Assembly (NCBI GenBank): GCA_012295275.1
Contig: CM022669.1
Coordinates: 806,001 to 870,000, forward strand
Source of the DNA: Chrysomallon squamiferum
Lineage: Eukaryota > Animalia > Mollusca
DNA length: 64,000 nt
Direction: 5' to 3'
The translations under genes were made by a program, and so were the position numbers. Of this stretch, positions 28,388-40,699 are shown piece after piece. The notes below the pieces were generated by a model that was not told where the DNA came from, did not search any database, and saw only the letters and a program-made list of their open reading frames with translations. Numbering within the stretch: the first letter of the stretch is position 1; each line of letters begins with the position of its first letter.

Positions 28388-29204
28388 ATTTTTATGCATT
28401 TTATTAATCGCTAACATTACCATCATCATCATCATCTCATCGTTATTATTATTATTATTGTTGTTGTTGTTAGTTATTATTATTATCATCATTATTATTG
28501 TTTTACTGTTATTGCAGGAGGCCGTATGACGTGTTTCAGATATCAGAACGAGACTGTGACGTCAACGACTCTATTTTCAAGGAGATCCTGCAGGTGATGA
28601 GAATCGTGCTGTACGTGTTTCTCACTGTTGTTGTTCTGGGCAGCACTGTGACCAGCAGACTCGCGCTCCACCTCCTTGTCTCCGGCATGAACGAGGTGCG
28701 TCTCATTTTCACGTCTGTCTGCAGTAGTCGTAGCAACAGCAGCAACAGCAGCAGCAGCATTAGTAGTAGTAATAGAAAAAGTTTGTAGTTGTAGTAGTAG
28801 AAGTAGCAGTAGCATTATTAGTAGCATTAGTAGTAGTAGTGTTAACAGTACTAATGGTAGTCGTAATAGTGGTAGCACTTGAAGTAGCAGTAGTAGTAAT
28901 AGTAATAGTTGTAGTGGTAGAAATGTAGTAGAAATTGTAGTACTAGCAGCAGTAGTAGTAGCAGTAGTTGTAACAGTAGTAGTAGAGTAGTAGTAGAAGT
29001 AGTAATGATAGAGGTGGTGGTGGCAGTAGAATGGTGATTATACAATTATGTAACGTGTACACGTATTGGTGGCAATAATGAGATGGGAATTTCCTTAGTA
29101 GAAACAGTTTCAACAACTCTAAATTTGTGTTATTCAAAATACGTTTAAGCGTAGTACGAAAATTCTGACGCTTAAAATATTTCTGACGGGAAGTAATAAA
29201 GAAC

Positions 29205-29247
<43 letters not shown>

Positions 29248-31579
29248 AGTCTGTGGCTAGGTGAAGAGTAAATGAAGATTGTTATTTCAGGACAGGAAAT
29301 CTTTAAGTGAATGTCTCGTTCTGCTTCTCTTCTGTATCTGCGCACCGATTGGCTGGAACTGGCTCTTGTCCTTCATGAAGATTCTCTTTGGAGGGAAGGA
29401 GTGGCCGTCAGTGAAGACGTTGCTTGTTGTAAGTTCTACTATTGAGATTTATACAGAAGTTATTTTTATTAGACTGTCATCAACAGAAAGCAGCAGAAGT
29501 AATAGTTGCAGATGGAAAATTTAATAGTAATAGTATTATTATTATTGGTAGTAGTAGTAGTAGTAGTAGTAATAGTAACAGTAGTAGTAGTAGTGGTAGC
29601 TGTAGTATAAATAGTTGAATTATTAGAAAAACAGAAACTGTCAAGATAAACTTTATCAGTAGTGAGTTATGGTTGTAATGAACATCATAGTCACATTCTC
29701 AGATTGCTGTACTGTTCACATGTAAAATCCTGTTTTCAGTTGACGGTGTTGGAACTATTACAAACCTGTGGACTTTCACTTCTCGTTTTCAAAGTTCTTC
29801 CTTCCACCGACTTCTTCAGAGGAATAGTCATCACGTTTGCCATGTTTCAAGTGCCGAGTTTCCTCAAGCTGAGTTTAGCAGAGAGCAGGCTGAGTTCGGG
29901 ATTCTGCAGTTTGTTTAAACTGATGAGCGTCGTGGCAGCTTTTCTCTGTCAAGTGGCTGGCTCGGCTTTCTTTTCTCTGACAGACTTCACCTCGGCTGGG
30001 CAGAAGACGATTGAACTGGAACCAGGAACAAGTCTGAGTTTAGAACACCTTGTCCAGTTCGGATACTTTAGCTGGGAACTTCCTCTCTCTTTGTTTCTTG
30101 TGTCCCTTGGATTCTGGCAGAACTTCATCTCCGGAGACTGGTGTTTCTGCGGTAAAGTGAGCGGCTGTTTCAAGTGCTGGCGAAACTCGTTAAACAGCGT
30201 CAAGGAGACGTCGTACTTCCTGATAGGACCGCTGAAGATTGGTTTGACTGTGTTACTGGCCAGACTGATAACTAACAGCGAGTTCAGGCTGCCTGAACCC
30301 GGAGACAACGCTAACGTTGTCCTCAACCACCTGCTAACGTACAGCCTCATGTACATACAGATAGGCTCAGGCATCGTCTGCACCTACCTGGCTGGTCTGG
30401 CGTGCAAACTGCACATGCAGAGAGTGTCATTCGCCTTACCTTTACTCATTTCCCCCCCAGTCAGCCTCGCTGTGGTCTACCTCCAGTGTCGATTCAACTT
30501 CCTCCCGTCTTACTGGCACGAGAGGGCGTGGTCGTGTCCTAACCTTGACCTCACCTCACTGATTGTTCCCCTCGCGTGCGCCTCAGCTCTCTGGCTTTCC
30601 TACTGCCTCATATCATCGCACATCTGGTTTCCGAAGTGTGAACGAATGGCCAAAATTGAAAGATTATTTATCACGCCAAACTTCAATGGGATATTTCCTG
30701 ACTACAATCTGAGCATGCGTCGACGCCGGAACGAGGAGGACACAGTGAGGGGGAGGTGTGACAGTAAGGCCGGGGTGCAGGGGTCAGGTTTGACGCCCAT
30801 GTTGTACGTGTGTGCCACAATGTGGCACGAGACGAGGAAAGAAATGACGCAACTTCTGAAATCGTTGTACAGGTAAAAACTACGTGTGCGTGTGCGTGTG
30901 CGTGTTAGTGAGTACAGAGCTAAAGACAGCATGACGTAGTGTAAAGTAGAGTATTTAATGTGATAAAGTTCAGTACGACTCCGTCAGAACTATGTTTTGA
31001 TCAATGACAGTACATATGATATTATATCTATCTATCTCTCTGTCTGTCTGTCTGTCTGGCTGTCTATCTATCTATCTATGTATGTATCTATGTATGTATG
31101 TAAGTATGTAAGTATCTATGTATGTATCTATATATGTATATATATATCAATCTATTTATCATCTGTCTGTCTGTCTGTCTGTCTATCGATCTATCTATGT
31201 ATGTATCTATGTATGTATGTATGTATGTATGTATGTATGTATGTATGTATGTATGTATGTATGTATGTATGTATGTATGTATGTATGTATGTATGTATGT
31301 ATATATGTATATATATATCAATCTATTTATACATATATCTGCCTGTCTCTTTGTCTGTCTATCTATCGATCTATCTATGTATGTATCTATGTATGTATGT
31401 AAGTATGTATGTATGTATGTATGTATGTATAAATATCAATCTATTTATACATCTATCTGCCTGTCTCTCTGTCTGTCTATCTATCGATCTATCTATGTAT
31501 GTATCTATGTATGTATGTATGTATGTAATTATGTAAGTATGTATGTATGTATCTATATATGTATATGTGTGTATATATG

Positions 31580-31667
<88 letters not shown>

Positions 31668-33220
31668 AAATAAAGTTTAAGAAAAGTTATTGCAACATTA
31701 TTACAAACAAAAATGAATAAGTTCGTGCAGTGTAACAGTTTAAAAGAATGGAGAACAAAAATAAAGAAATAAAAAGGATATTTATTTATTTATTTATTTA
31801 TTTATATTCTCGTTGTTTCAGACTGGATTATATGCACTGTGCTAGTCGTCTGGCTCAAGAGAAGTTTTTGATTCGAGATCCTGATTACTTCGACCTGGAA
31901 AGTAAATATTTTCTACTCTTCTCTACTAATCCGTCTCTGTACTAGTTTAACTAGGTAGTAAGATATACTCTTCTCTACTAATCCGTCTCTGTACTAGTTT
32001 AACTAGGTAGTAAGATCTACTCTTCTCTACTAATCCGTCTCTGTACTAGTTTAACTAGGTACTACGATCGGTTCTTGGTGCCCGCAGATTCTAGATTTGA
32101 CAGCAGAGAAACAAGCGGCACATTGTCCGGGGCTCACAGAAAACTGAGTATGGAGTGGGTAGCTCACTGGCACAGTGTCCGGGGCTGTGAGAAAACTGAG
32201 TATGGAGTGAGTAGCTCACTGACACAGTGTCCGGGACTATGAGTAACCTGAGTATGGAGTGGGTAGCTCACTGACTGAGTGTCCGGGGCTGTGAGTAAAC
32301 TGAGTAGGGAGTGGGTAGCTCACTGTCACAGTGTCCGAGGCTGTGAGTAAATTGAGTACGGAGTGGGTAGCTCACTGACACAGTGTCCGGGGCTGTGAGA
32401 AATCTGAGTACGGAGTGGGTAGCTCACTGGCACAGTTTCCAGGGCTCCGGCACAGGGCTGTGAGTGGGTAAATCTGACAGTGTCCAAGGCTGGGTGGGTA
32501 GCTCACTGGCACAGTATCCGGGGCTGTGAGTGGGTAGATCACTCGCACAGTGTCCGGGTGTGAGAAATCTGAGTACGGAGTGGGTAGCTCACTGGCACAG
32601 TGTCCGGGGCTGTGAGTGGGTAGATCACTCGCACAGTGTCCGGGTGTGAGAAATCTGAGTACGGAGTGGGTAGCTCACTGGCACAGTGTCCAGGGCTGTG
32701 AGTGGGTAGCTCACTGGCACAGTAACCGGGGCTGTGAGTGGGTAGATCACTCGCACAGTGTCCGGGGTGTGAGAAATCGCTGACTCGACAGTAAACGTTT
32801 CTCTTCCCGGTTTCAACACATCGATCCCCGCTGACAGCACACGCTCACCTGAGGGAATTCCGTTGAGGAAAACTCCGACAATAAAACACGTAGCACGTCA
32901 CGACTACTAAGAATAGACACGTCAGTTTGTGATGAATGGGAGTATGAGAGTCGTGAAGCCAATCCTTTACGCGTGCATTTCATACCTTACAAATCTACAT
33001 TTACTGAAACATCGCAAGCTGAATGTTAGATATTAATAGTTTGTGTGTCGAATATGAATGCTATTTTATAACCCTTCCACTACTGTTAAAGGAATTATAT
33101 TTATTGTAATTTCTAGATCAGTAAAAAGTACAGGAGAATGTAATTATACTATTAATATTTGCTGGCCGTTATCAAACAAGTATTTTTAAATTTTTATTTA
33201 ATTTAATTTTTATTATTATT

Positions 33221-33253
<33 letters not shown>

Positions 33254-33265
33254 CTTCTTCTTCTT

Positions 33266-33296
<31 letters not shown>

Positions 33297-36200
33297 TTAT
33301 TATTATTAATTTTTGTTTGATGTTATTTCTAGGTTAATAACTCTATGTGCTAATACAGATTTATTTTTGGAACCTTAAATAAGTACACATTTTTTAAAAA
33401 AAATAAGTTATTTTGACATATTTCTTAATTAGAAATTTTTTGTTTGAATCTGAAATAGGTACATATTTATAAAAACAAAACAAAACAACAATATTATTTT
33501 AATATATTTAATTATTAGATTTATAATTATAATCTTAAGTAGGTACACGTTTATTTATAAAATAAATAAAAGTTATTTTGATATATTTCTTAATTGCATA
33601 TTTATTGCTAGAATCTGAAATAGGTACGCATTTATATATAAAAAAAAAAAAAAAAATTATAACGAATATGATTTGCTGATTACAGTTCACATTATATTTG
33701 ATGACGCGTTTGAGTACGACAGCGAGGCTGATAGATTTGTACCCAACACCTTCGTCCTTCAGTTAGTCGAGGTCATGGAGGACGCCGCCAGGTGAGGTCA
33801 CGTGATATCAGTACGCATGCGCGACAAGTTTAATAGTTCCCATTGAGATGTATCCGAGACATTAACATAGAATTAAAAAAAAAAAAAAAAAAAAAAATTA
33901 GAATTAAAAATTTAATTGAAAGAAAAATTAAAAAACATATTTATGATTGATTAACATTTTGATTTGCAGTATGTAGTTTTATCAACAGGTCTAATATTAT
34001 AATGTTCATTTGCAGTAGTAGTATTATCAGCAGGCCTAACATTATAATGAAAGTAAAGTTTCTATTTTTTTCAATTTTTTTCTTTTTTTTTTGCTTATTG
34101 TTGCTTGTTTACTTTTTTTTTATTCATTTCTTTTCTCTCTCTTTTTTTCTTATTAATTTTTATCTGTTTATTTATTTTTGTTGTTTCTTTTTCTTCATTA
34201 TAAAATTTCATCTTGTTTATTTAATTTAGTTATTAATCATATAAATCATTGCTTTTTAAAATTAAATTATTATTATTATTATTATTACTTGTTAAACTTT
34301 AAAAAATATTTGTTTATGTTTGCAAATATTTTTAGATCTGTGGTTAAAGGACCTATAGTCATCCCGGCCCCTACCAAAATCCCCACCCCTTATGGCGGGC
34401 GGCTAGTCTGGACAATGCCAGGACAAACCCAGCTGATCATTCACTGCAAAAACAAGAACAAAATCAGACACAGAAAAAGATGGTCACAGGTAAATAATAT
34501 AACTATATATGTATGTGTGTGTATATATATTACTTACTGGGTTTTGTTGTTGTTGTTGTTATTTCAGTGTATGTATGTGTATTACTTACTGGGTTTTGTT
34601 GTTGTTGTTGTTGTTGTTGTTTCAGTGTATGTATATGTATTACTTATTGGGTTTTATTGTTGTTGTTGTTGTTTCAGTGTATGTATGTATATGGGTTTTT
34701 ATTGTTGTTGTTGTGGGTTTTTATTGTTGTTGTTGTTGTTTCAGTGTATGTACATGTATTACTTACTGAGTTTTATTGTTGTTGTTGTTGTTTCAGTGTA
34801 TGTACATGTATTACTTACTGAGTTTTATTGTTGTTGTTGTTGTTTCAGTGTATGTATATGTATTGTATATGTATTACTTACTGGGTTTTATTGTTGTTGT
34901 TGTTGTTTCAGTGTATGTACATGTATTACTTACTTTATTGAGTTTTGTTGTTGTTGTTGTTGTGTATGTACATGTATTACTTACTGGGTTTTATTGTTGT
35001 TGTTGTTGCAGTGCATGTATATGTATTACTTACTGGGTTTTATTGTTGTTGTTGTTGCAGTGTATGTATATGTATTACTTACTGGGTTTTATTGTTGTTG
35101 TTGTTGTTGTTGTTTCAGTGTATGTATATGTATTACTTACTGGGTTTTATTGTTGTTGTTGTTGTTGTTGTTTCAGTGTATGTACATGTATTACTTACTG
35201 GGTTTTATTGTTGTTGTTGTTGTTGTTGTTTCAGTGTATGTATATGTATTACTTACTGGGTTTTATTGTTGTTGTTGTTGTTGTTTCAGTGTATGTACAT
35301 GTATTACTTACTGGGTTTTATTTTGTTGTTGTTGTTGTTTCAGTGCATGTATATGTATTACTTACTGGGTTTTGTTGTTGTTGTTGTTATTTCAGTGTAT
35401 GTACATGTATTACTTACTGGGTTTTATTGTTGTTGTTGTTGTTGTTGTTTCAGTGTATGTATATGTATTACTTACTGGGTTTTATTGTTGTTGTTGTTGT
35501 TATTTCAGTGTATGTATATGTATTACTTACTGGGTTTTGTTGTTGTTGTTGTTGTTGCAGTGTATGTTCATGTATTACTTACTGGGTTTTTATTGTTGTT
35601 GTTGTTGTTTCAGTGTATGTATATGTATTACTTACTGGGTTTTATTGTTGTTGTTGTTGTTTCAGTGTATGTATATGTATTACTTACTGGGTTTTATTGT
35701 TGTTGTTGTTGTTTCAGTGTATGTATATGTATTACTTACTGGGTTTTATTGTTGTTGTTGTTGTTGTTGTTTCAGTGTATGTATATGTATTACTTACTGG
35801 GTTTTATTTTTGTTGTTGTTGTTGTTGTTTCAGTGTATGTACATGTATTACTTACTGGGTTTTATTGTTGTTGTTGTTGTTGTTTCAGTGTATGTATATG
35901 TATTACTTACTGGGTTTTATTGTTGTTGTTGTTGTTTCAGTGTATGTATATGTATTACTTACTGGGTTTTATTGTTGTTGTTGTTGTTGTTTCAGTGTAT
36001 GTATATGTATTACTTACTGGGTTTTTTATTGTTGTTGTTGTTGTTGTTGTTTCAGTGTATGTATATGTATTACTTACTGGGTTTTATTGTTGTTGTTGTT
36101 GTTTTTTCAGTGTATGTACATGTATTACTTACTGGGTTTTCGACTACTGGGTGGACGTGGTTCTAGCAGCACGACAACAGACACAGACGGCGACTCTGCA

Positions 36201-36586
36201 GACACCCCAGACGCCTACGACAACACCGTGAGAAACAGGAAGAAACGAAAGAGCAGGAAGGGGAAGAAACAGAAATCTGTTCCACTGAAAACCTTGCTGA
36301 TGAGAATGCCGCCTGAGCAGTACGAGCAGGTAACAAAACAGAGTCTTAACCGATCCCCAAATTATTCATTGATCTTTTACTTCTATTTACTTTTGTTCAA
36401 ATTACCACAGTATCAAAATATCGAATGTTTCAAAAGAAATTCTTACCTTTTGCATGCTTGTTGTCTAGTCTCCATCAAAAGTTATCCTATTAATGACGTA
36501 AATTAATTGATTACATCATTAGTGCAGATACACAGCTGGTAAATATAAGGGAAGCTGTTTTTCGGAACCTTTCGACTATTTTCGGA

Positions 36587-36647
<61 letters not shown>

Positions 36648-37143
36648 TGTACTTTCAAATCATTAAATTATTATAAATTCTTCCCTGAGAGTTTGTACCA
36701 CTTCAGTATTTGAATAAGTATTTTCTATTCCGAATCCTTGATACCTTTTACGATTACAACAGTTGTGTCAGAAATAATGTTATATCACAAAAGAGTAATT
36801 AACAGCAGTACTGTAATTACTGAGTTAGACTAAAGAGTTATTTATTATTACTCAGGTTTATCTCACTCAGTTTATCAAAACGTTTTTGTTTTCAGATTTT
36901 GGAGAAAGCCGAGCGTTGTTTCATTCTCTGTCTCGATGGTGACGTCGACTTCCGGCCCGAGTCTGTGAAGCTGCTGATGGACAGGATGAAGAAAAACAAG
37001 AAAGTTGGAGCCGTGTGTGGCAGAATTCATCCAGTTGGTTCAGGTTACCATTGTTTATATATTTGTTTTTATTTATTTTTTCTTATTATTATTTTTTTTC
37101 TTATTGTTTTATTGTTTCGTTCTTTTATAAAATTGCATACGTG

Positions 37144-37175
<32 letters not shown>

Positions 37176-37201
37176 GTTTAATTAATTAATGTATGTATGT
37201 A

Positions 37202-37262
<61 letters not shown>

Positions 37263-40033
37263 TGAAATATTGCAGGTCCCATGGTCTGGTATCAGCAGTT
37301 TGAGTACGCTATTGGTCACTGGTTGCAAAAGGCCGCGGAACACGTGTTCGGTTGTGTTCTCTGCTGTCCAGGTTGCTTCAGTCTGTTCAGAGGTTCTGCG
37401 CTGATGGATGACAATGTACTGAAAATGTACACGACAAAACCAACAGAAGCCAGACATTACATCCAGTTTGAGCAAGGTTAGTTATTAGTGATTATCTCCC
37501 CTGCATTGTTCAGTAGGTCGAAAGAAACTGAAGAGTTTTGTAAAGCTGTTAAAAAGAAATTCGGAAATTTTGCAGCAACCAAGTTAGTGATAGCTCATTT
37601 GTGTGAACAGCATCATTCACAGATTTATTCTAAAACGAAAAAGTAGGAACCATAAACAAACAAATAAATAAATAAATAAATATATAAAGATATTATATTT
37701 GTACAAGTGACATATCAGATATTTTATTGTACAAGTTATATAAGATATTGTATATGTACAAGTGATTTATATCAAACATTGTATTTGTACAGGTGTGTTA
37801 TATCAGATATTGTATTTGTACAGGTGTGTTACAACAGATATAGTATTTGTACAGGTGTATTATATCAGATATAGTATTTGTACATATGAGATATAAGACT
37901 AGTGAGTGATATAAGATGTTGTATATGTACTAGTGAATGATATAAGATGTTGTATATGTACTAGTGATATAAGATGTTGTATATGTACTAGTGAGTGATA
38001 TAAGATGTTGTATATGTACTAGTGAATGATATAAGATGTTGTATATGTACTAGTGATATAAAATGTTGTACATGTACTAGAGAATGATATAAAATGTTGT
38101 ACATGTACTAGAGAATGATATAAAATGTTGTACATGTACTAGTGAATGATACAAGACGTTGTACTATTCAGGTGAAGATCGGTGGCTGTGTACTCTGCTG
38201 CTACAACAAGGTCACAGAATTGATTACTGCGCCGGAGCAGACGCTTTGACCTTTGCTCCTGAAACGTTCAACGAATTTTTCAACCAACGTCGGCGCTGGT
38301 CGCCGTCAACTTTGGCCAACCTGATGGACCTGCTGGAGTCGTGGAGGGAGACTGTGCGCATCAACGACAACATCAGCAGACCGTACATCTTCTACCAGTT
38401 CATCCTGATCGCGTCCACCGTGTTGGCGCCCGCCACCGTCATCCTGATGATCACCGGCTCCTTCCACTCAGTCCTCGGCCTCAGCGTCTGGTGGTCCTTC
38501 CTCCTCTCCATGACCCCAGTCGTCTTCTACGTCGTCATCTGCCTCACTCAGAGCAACAACGTGCAGATTACCGTGGCCGCTGTGCTCACGGCTTTGTACA
38601 CCGTCGTCATGATGATAGCAACGGTGGGAACCATCATCAGCATCGCCACTGAAAGCTTCAACAGCCCGAATGTCGTGTTTCTCTGTGGTCTGATTGTCGT
38701 GTTTCTCATCGCCGGCTTGTTGCACCCGCAGGAGTTTTTCTGTCTCGTGTACGGAGCGCTGTATTTTCTTGTCGTTCCGACGACGTTTATCCTGTTAACG
38801 GTTTACTATCTGTGCAACCTCAACAACGTGTCGTGGGGCACTCGAGAGATTCCCAAGAAGCTGACACCACAGGAACAAGAAGCAGCTGACAGAGAGGCCG
38901 AGAGAAAAAAGAAAAACAAAAGCAAGAGTATCTTCAGTCTGTGGGGCCTGGTCGCCCTGGTGCAGGAGCTGCGAGACATCACGAGAAGTTTGATGGGTCT
39001 GAAGAATGACATGGTGACCACTGTCCAGCAGCAGCAGATGGAAGGTACAGAAGTGACCCTCGACATGAGGAGTGATTGCGTGCACAAGACACTGAGTTCG
39101 AGAGATTCTGTCATATCGAGGACTCCAGTCGGATGGGAACCTAATCCCGATCTGCCTTTCTGGCTGAATGTGGAAGAGCTGGGGAATGGGGCAGTGGAAC
39201 TGATACACGATGAGGAGCTGGAGTTTTGGAACTTCACAATTAAGAAATATCTGCTGCCTCTGGACGAGGACAAGCAGCACAAGGAGCAGGTGAAGAACGA
39301 CCTGATGCTGCTGAGAAACAACGTCGTCTTCATCTACTTCCTCCTCAACTTCCTCTGGTGCGTCATTACATTACAGCTGCAAGGACTGGAAAGTGAACTG
39401 AAAAACTTTTACATCATCAGAAAGTACGAGCCGTTGTCGCTGATTTTCCTCTCAGTATTTGCGATTGTCCTCGTACTTCAGTTTATCAGCATGCTCGTAC
39501 ACAGGTGGGGAACTTTCCTCCACTTAATGTCGAGCACCAGAGTGGACTGGTTCAAAAAGTCTCACAGCGAGCAGGAATTTGCAAAGTTTGTGTTAAACGA
39601 GACACGACGTCTGCAGCGACTGGAGCCAGATCTAGAACCTGACCCCGACTACGGCGACGAAGAAGATGACGCCAATACGTCCACTTTCTCTGACCCGGAA
39701 ATCGGAGAGGAGATGACGTCAGTGAGAGATAATAGTAGCTACTACGACACTCTGAGGAGTTTCAGAAGTGACACGTTGAAAAGGTTAAGAAATCACTCAC
39801 AGAGAGGAGGAGTGCCCATATTACAAACAATATTTGAACAGAACTTGAAAACCATGCAGAATTACCACAGCAAGTGGAACAGTGACTCTCTGCGCTACAA
39901 AGGCTCCAGTCGCATGCAGCGAGCCGACAGCAAACACAAAGGCGCAGTGAAAGAACAGGAAATGCGACAAAGACTTTACACACAGACAATGGAGAGAGAC
40001 AAAGATCATCTGAAACGAATCCGAGTGATGTGA
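26337..40033 (+). CDS. CHS: Chitin synthase (GT2 family, animal type), 12 coding exons, predicted 1585 aa, no myosin motor domain
   Basis: join(26337-26339,26728-27263,28518-28695,29291-29428,29740-30872,31822-31901,33686-33791,34336-34489,36111-36329,36896-37043,37276-37476,38172-40033) = 4758 nt, all GT-AG, phases consistent. Motifs: CATMWHE, FDDAF, TPYGGRL, RHRKRWSQ/CMYMYYLLG, LDGDVDF, YQQFEY, CPGCFSLFR, QGEDRW, QRRRW, SWGTRE. Confidence 0.95.
26728..27263 (+). CDS. CHS: CHS exon: Ser-rich/acidic N-terminal region
   Basis: CCTTCAG acceptor, open GC-richer frame, TG|GTACTT donor; phase 2 join gives WRPYDVF. Confidence 0.75.
28518..28695 (+). CDS. CHS: CHS exon: RPYDVF and first transmembrane segment
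   Basis: TTGCAG acceptor; GAG|GTGCG donor. Confidence 0.88.
29291..29428 (+). CDS. CHS: CHS exon: N-terminal transmembrane region
   Basis: TTTCAG acceptor; GTT|GTAAGT donor; 46 codons. Confidence 0.88.
29740..30872 (+). CDS. CHS: CHS exon: transmembrane region to CATMWHE
   Basis: TTTTCAG acceptor; AG|GTAAA donor; ACKLHMQRVSFALP and CATMWHET motifs. Confidence 0.93.
31025..31665. repeat. Compound (TATG)/(TCTG)/(TC)/(TA) microsatellite
   Basis: Seen directly, intronic. Confidence 0.92.
31822..31901 (+). CDS. CHS: CHS exon: LDYMHC...DPDYFDLE
   Basis: TTTCAG acceptor; A|GTAAAT donor; phases 2/1. Confidence 0.9.
31914..32062. repeat. 52-bp tandem repeat, 3 copies
   Basis: Units start at 31914, 31966 and 32018. 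Confidence 0.9.
32117..32778. repeat. GC-rich ~53-bp minisatellite with shorter sub-units (CACAGTGTCCGGGGCTGTGAG...GAGTGGGTAGCTCACTG)
   Basis: Seen directly, intronic. Confidence 0.9.
33686..33791 (+). CDS. CHS: CHS exon: HIIFDDAF...EDAAR (absent from the ORF track)
   Basis: TTACAG acceptor; AG|GTGAG donor; conserved FDDAF. Confidence 0.92.
34336..34489 (+). CDS. CHS: CHS exon: TPYGGRL...RHRKRWSQ
   Basis: TTTTAG acceptor; CAG|GTAAAT donor. Confidence 0.93.
34520..36140 (+). repeat. Tandem array (~28-29 units, mostly 49-60 bp) of the intron/exon junction: (GTT)nTCAG|TGTATGTAYATGTATTACTTACTGGGTTTT
   Basis: The unit matches the acceptor plus the first 30 nt of exon 36111-36329; 28 CAG junctions counted by hand, including the real one. 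Confidence 0.96.
36111..36329 (+). CDS. CHS: CHS exon: CMYMYYLLGFRL plus acidic/basic insert
   Basis: Only the last array unit continues into unique coding sequence; CAG|GTAAC donor; 73 codons. Confidence 0.88.
36896..37043 (+). CDS. CHS: CHS exon: LDGDVDF...CGRIHP
   Basis: TTTTCAG acceptor; G|GTTAC donor. Confidence 0.93.
37276..37476 (+). CDS. CHS: CHS exon: WYQQFEYAIGHWLQK...FEQ
   Basis: TTGCAG acceptor; G|GTTAG donor. Confidence 0.95.
37688..38166. repeat. 27-31-bp minisatellite (GATATAAGATGTTGTATATGTACTAGTGAAT) running up to the acceptor
   Basis: Seen directly; more degenerate at its 5' end. Confidence 0.88.
38172..40033 (+). CDS. CHS: CHS terminal exon: EDR, QRRRW, C-terminal transmembrane segments, SWGTRE
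   Basis: TTCAG acceptor; hallmark chitin synthase motifs; TGA at 40031-40033. Confidence 0.96.
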
Positions 40034-40148
40034 ACCTGCGTGTGTGATCAGATGTTTACATCTCGAATACCTCATAATCCCTGTCTGTCTGTCTGTCTGT
40101 CATTTATGTTAGGAAAATTGTTCTCTGTTAGAGTAGTATGCAGTTAGT

Positions 40149-40273
<125 letters not shown>

Positions 40274-40641
40274 CATAATTTTTTATATTTGAAAGTAATA
40301 TTTTGTACAGATATAAATCATCCATGCTGGTTCATGGTGAAACACACTCATATATATATATATATTTAAAACATATTTTTAAATAGTTTGTTGTATTTTT
40401 AGAAAGTCTAACCTGACATCAACTTAATATCATGTTCATGATGATAATGATATAATGACAATAACAAAATGAAGATGATATAAATAAGAGGCAATGTTAA
40501 CATATTCGGGCAGAATGCTAAATAAATATCTCTTTAGTGAAAATAATGATTTTCCTTTCCTTTTGTGTTTTGCATAGTAGAAGACTAGAAGTCTTTCCGT
40601 TATTTTTTTCATTATTATTTTTCTTTATTTCTTTCTAGCTA

Positions 40642-40699
<58 letters not shown>

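Noticed and set aside
34520-36140. CRISPR-like appearance (constant ~35-bp repeat with variable spacers)
   Set aside because: The spacers are only (GTT)n length variants, the repeat is CHS exon sequence, the context is eukaryotic and there are no cas genes.
34178-36506. Three long overlapping Cys/Val/Leu-rich ORFs (662, 576 and 428 aa) as novel proteins
   Set aside because: They arise from a stop-free tandem repeat inside a CHS intron; only 34336-34489 and 36111-36329 are supported as coding.
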